From positions 1 to 28,963 of the forward strand of contig CAZTYA010000001.1 in NCBI GenBank assembly GCA_964617255.1: 28,963 nucleotides of DNA. Reading direction: 5' to 3'. The notes under the pieces were generated by a model that was not told where the DNA came from, made no database searches, and worked only from the letters and a program-made list of their open reading frames with translations. The translations under genes were made by a program, and so were the position numbers. How positions within the stretch are numbered: the first letter of the stretch is position 1; every line of letters begins with the position of its first letter. This document shows positions 26,710 through 28,963 of this stretch, piece by piece. Source of the stretch: an uncultured Syntrophales bacterium. Its GTDB lineage: Bacteria > Desulfobacterota > Syntrophia > Syntrophales > JAAYKM01.

Positions 26710-27459
26710 ATGAATAAATCGCCGGCCATGATGGTTCTCTTATGTACCATGCTGATTTTCCTGGGTTGTTCCCGTGCAGACACGCCCGGATCCCAGACCC
26801 AAAGTCTTACCGTCCCTGAATTATCGAAACTGCTCCGGGGGGGAAAACCGCCCCGGATCATCTATGCGGGGAGCCTGCTTCAATGGCGAGATGCGCACAT
26901 TCCGGCTGCCCGTTACATCCCCTGTGATGCGAGCGAGGCGATTACGGCCTCTTTGCTGCAGGAGCCGCAAACGCTGCTTGTGCTTTACGGCAACCGGACC
27001 CTCCAGGAAGAAACCTGCCCCCTGGTTTCCCGTTTAGCCCGGGCAGGAAAAGCGCCCCTGCTTATTTTATCGGGAGGGCTGGCGGCGTGGAAGAAAAACG
27101 GTCTGGCCACGGCATCCATAGAGCGGATTCCCCGCCTGGCCATACCCGGTGTTCCCGTGGCTGAATGGAAAAATGATCACCCGGTCGGAAAGAAAACCCT
27201 GATGCTTGATATCCGGCCCATGACACCATCTGTCACCGGTCCGATCCCCGACGCGTTGAACATCCCCTTGTCTCAGCTGCACGAACGTTATGGGGAGATT
27301 CCCCTGGATCGACCGGTGGTGGTCGTCGATGCCGACGACGGCGAAACCCTTTTGGCGGCGAGTTTTCTGATCCGCAAGGGGGTATCGGTCATCGGGAGAC
27401 TTGAAGGCGGTGTCGCGTCTCTGAATGGAGACAGGGTGAAGGGAGGGAAGGGGCGATGA
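26710..27459 (+). CDS. Tandem rhodanese-homology-domain protein, probable lipoprotein, both catalytic Cys absent
   Basis: IFLGC lipobox-like signal; AHIPAARYIP...LSGGLAAW and GPIPDALNIP...LEGGV rhodanese signatures; active-site loops read YGN and VDA; AGGAGG SD before ATG 26710. Confidence 0.8.
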   Translation: MNKSPAMMVLLCTMLIFLGCSRADTPGSQTQSLTVPELSKLLRGGKPPRIIYAGSLLQWRDAHIPAARYIPCDASEAITASLLQEPQTLLVLYGNRTLQEETCPLVSRLARAGKAPLLILSGGLAAWKKNGLATASIERIPRLAIPGVPVAEWKNDHPVGKKTLMLDIRPMTPSVTGPIPDALNIPLSQLHERYGEIPLDRPVVVVDADDGETLLAASFLIRKGVSVIGRLEGGVASLNGDRVKGGKGR

Positions 27460-28963
27460 AAGGGATCCTGCCGAAAACACGGATGATTTCGTTCGGGGTC
27501 TTTTTCCTGATGATTTCGATTTCCAGTGCCGCCTCGGCTGCGATAGACTGCCAGAGCTGTCACCGGGATGAACCCTTCGGAAAAGCCTTTGCCCAATCCA
27601 TTCATGGCGTCAACGGATGCACCAGTTGCCATCAGGGTATTACATCCCTGGAGCGCCATATGGGGGGCGACGAAAAGCCCCGTCTGCTCGCCTGCGCGAG
27701 CTGTCACGGTGAAGTGGCCGCACGGTACGATAAAAGCTATCACCATGTTTATCAGAACATCGCCTGTCAGGACTGCCACCGGCCGATTCACGGCCTCAGA
27801 AAGGTGGAAGGGGACAAGCGGGTTCTGGCGGTTAAGACCTGCACGGGTTGTCACGCGGTGCGCCAATATGCCGACCTGGGCCATACGGGCAAATTACTCA
27901 AGGGCAGCCGGGATGCAGCTTCCTGCATCGACTGCCATGGTGTCCATGATATGCCGGCTTATGACACCGCCTCTCTTAAAGATAGAGCCGCACAGCGGAT
28001 CGAAGCGACAGAAAAATGCCAAGCCTGCCACAACGATCCCGCCCTGGCAAAGCGCAACAACCTTTCGCCAACCGTTGTTAAACATTACGGCGAAACCTAC
28101 CATGGAAAAGTCTATCAGGTCGGCTACCCGGACCTCGTGGCGGGTTGTGCCGATTGCCATACGGGGCACAACATCCTGCCGCCGAACGACACCCGATCCG
28201 CCTTGTTTCCGGATCAACTGGATGAACGTTGCGCCCGGTGCCATCAAGGGTTTCACCCCCGCTTTACCCGCTATGTGGCACACCCTGACTACACCGACGC
28301 CGGTCGTTATCCTCTGCTCTTCGGGGTCAATGTTTTCATGATCGGTTTGCTGGTCGGGACATTCCTGTTCTTCTGGACCCATTCGATCCTGTGGTGGCGC
28401 AAGGTTTACAGCCTGAAATGCCGAAAGCGTCAGGGATATTTGGAAACTCGGGGGATCATTCCCGAATGTGATGCCGGACGGCAGGTACAGCGCTTCACGG
28501 TTGCGGAGCGGCTCATGCATGTGGCCCTGATCCTTTCCTTTTTCACCCTGGTTCTGACCGGCTTCCCTCTGAAATATCCCCAGACGGCCTGGGCGAAGAT
28601 CTTGATGGATCTCTTCGGTGGGGCGGCCATGGCAGGGATTTTTCACCGGGTTGCCGCAACGGTACTGATCGGCCTGTTTCTGTACATCGCCTGGCTTTCC
28701 GTGAAGTTTCTCTTCCCGGGCTGGAAGGCGTCCGGTTGGCTGGGACGGCTGTTCGGGCCCGATTCGCTGTGCCCGAACCTGAAGGATCTGCGGGACATCA
28801 AGGGCATGTTCCTGTGGTTTTTCAACCGGGGAGAGATGCCGCAGTTCGACCGCTGGACTTATTGGGAAAAATTTGACTTCTTTGCCGTTTTCTGGGGGAT
28901 GACAGTGATCGGCGGCTCGGGACTCTCCCTGTGGTTTCCGGAACTCTTCTCCTATATTTTCCC
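27456..28963 (+). CDS. cbcL: Nonaheme cytochrome c fused to a cytochrome b membrane domain (CbcL-like quinol oxidoreductase), partial; 3' end beyond the window
   Basis: Not in the ORF track. Manual translation from ATG 27456 (ATGA overlap with the rhodanese stop) is open to the edge: signal peptide, nine CxxCH (CQSCH, CTSCH, CASCH, CQDCH, CTGCH, CIDCH, CQACH, CADCH, CARCH), TM helix, then QRFTVAERLMHVALILSF, IFHRVAA and WTYWEKFDFFAVFWG of FdnI-type cytochrome b. Confidence 0.85.
   Translation, partial: MKGILPKTRMISFGVFFLMISISSAASAAIDCQSCHRDEPFGKAFAQSIHGVNGCTSCHQGITSLERHMGGDEKPRLLACASCHGEVAARYDKSYHHVYQNIACQDCHRPIHGLRKVEGDKRVLAVKTCTGCHAVRQYADLGHTGKLLKGSRDAASCIDCHGVHDMPAYDTASLKDRAAQRIEATEKCQACHNDPALAKRNNLSPTVVKHYGETYHGKVYQVGYPDLVAGCADCHTGHNILPPNDTRSALFPDQLDERCARCHQGFHPRFTRYVAHPDYTDAGRYPLLFGVNVFMIGLLVGTFLFFWTHSILWWRKVYSLKCRKRQGYLETRGIIPECDAGRQVQRFTVAERLMHVALILSFFTLVLTGFPLKYPQTAWAKILMDLFGGAAMAGIFHRVAATVLIGLFLYIAWLSVKFLFPGWKASGWLGRLFGPDSLCPNLKDLRDIKGMFLWFFNRGEMPQFDRWTYWEKFDFFAVFWGMTVIGGSGLSLWFPELFSYIF

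Noticed and set aside
27568-28646. Track ORFs 27568-28341 (+) and 27894-28646 (-)
   Set aside because: Alternative-frame and antisense shadows of the CbcL-like gene starting at 27456.

Overview
This GC-rich 29 kb window is the chromosomal replication-origin region of an anaerobic Gram-negative bacterium. A Desulfobacterota/Syntrophales-like 'deltaproteobacterium' is my inference from gene content and protein style, not a database result. From left to right it holds: (1) a minus-strand LPS inner-core block, trmJ - Fe-alcohol dehydrogenase - kdnA-like aminotransferase - hldD - kdsB, which looks like an 8-amino-Kdo (Kdo8N) pathway, with three families of palindromic REP/MITE-like elements in its spacers; (2) a plus-strand orphan cassette of four type IV prepilin-like genes, the last a PilX/GspK-type pilin fused to a ~650 aa putative adhesin region; (3) the minus-strand core parA-parB-dnaA-dnaN-gyrB-gyrA, with DnaA boxes in four spacers and a canonical box + DnaA-trio + AT-rich unwinding element between dnaA and dnaN; (4) a plus-strand periplasmic redox cluster of a spermidine-synthase-like membrane protein, a Tat-exported flavoprotein lacking the canonical catalytic Arg, an octaheme cytochrome c, a Cys-less tandem rhodanese lipoprotein and a CbcL-like nonaheme c/cytochrome b fusion. 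Two real genes (kdsB and the CbcL-like gene) run off the window edges and are missing from the ORF track; I translated them by hand. No rRNA, tRNA, CRISPR array or transposase was seen.
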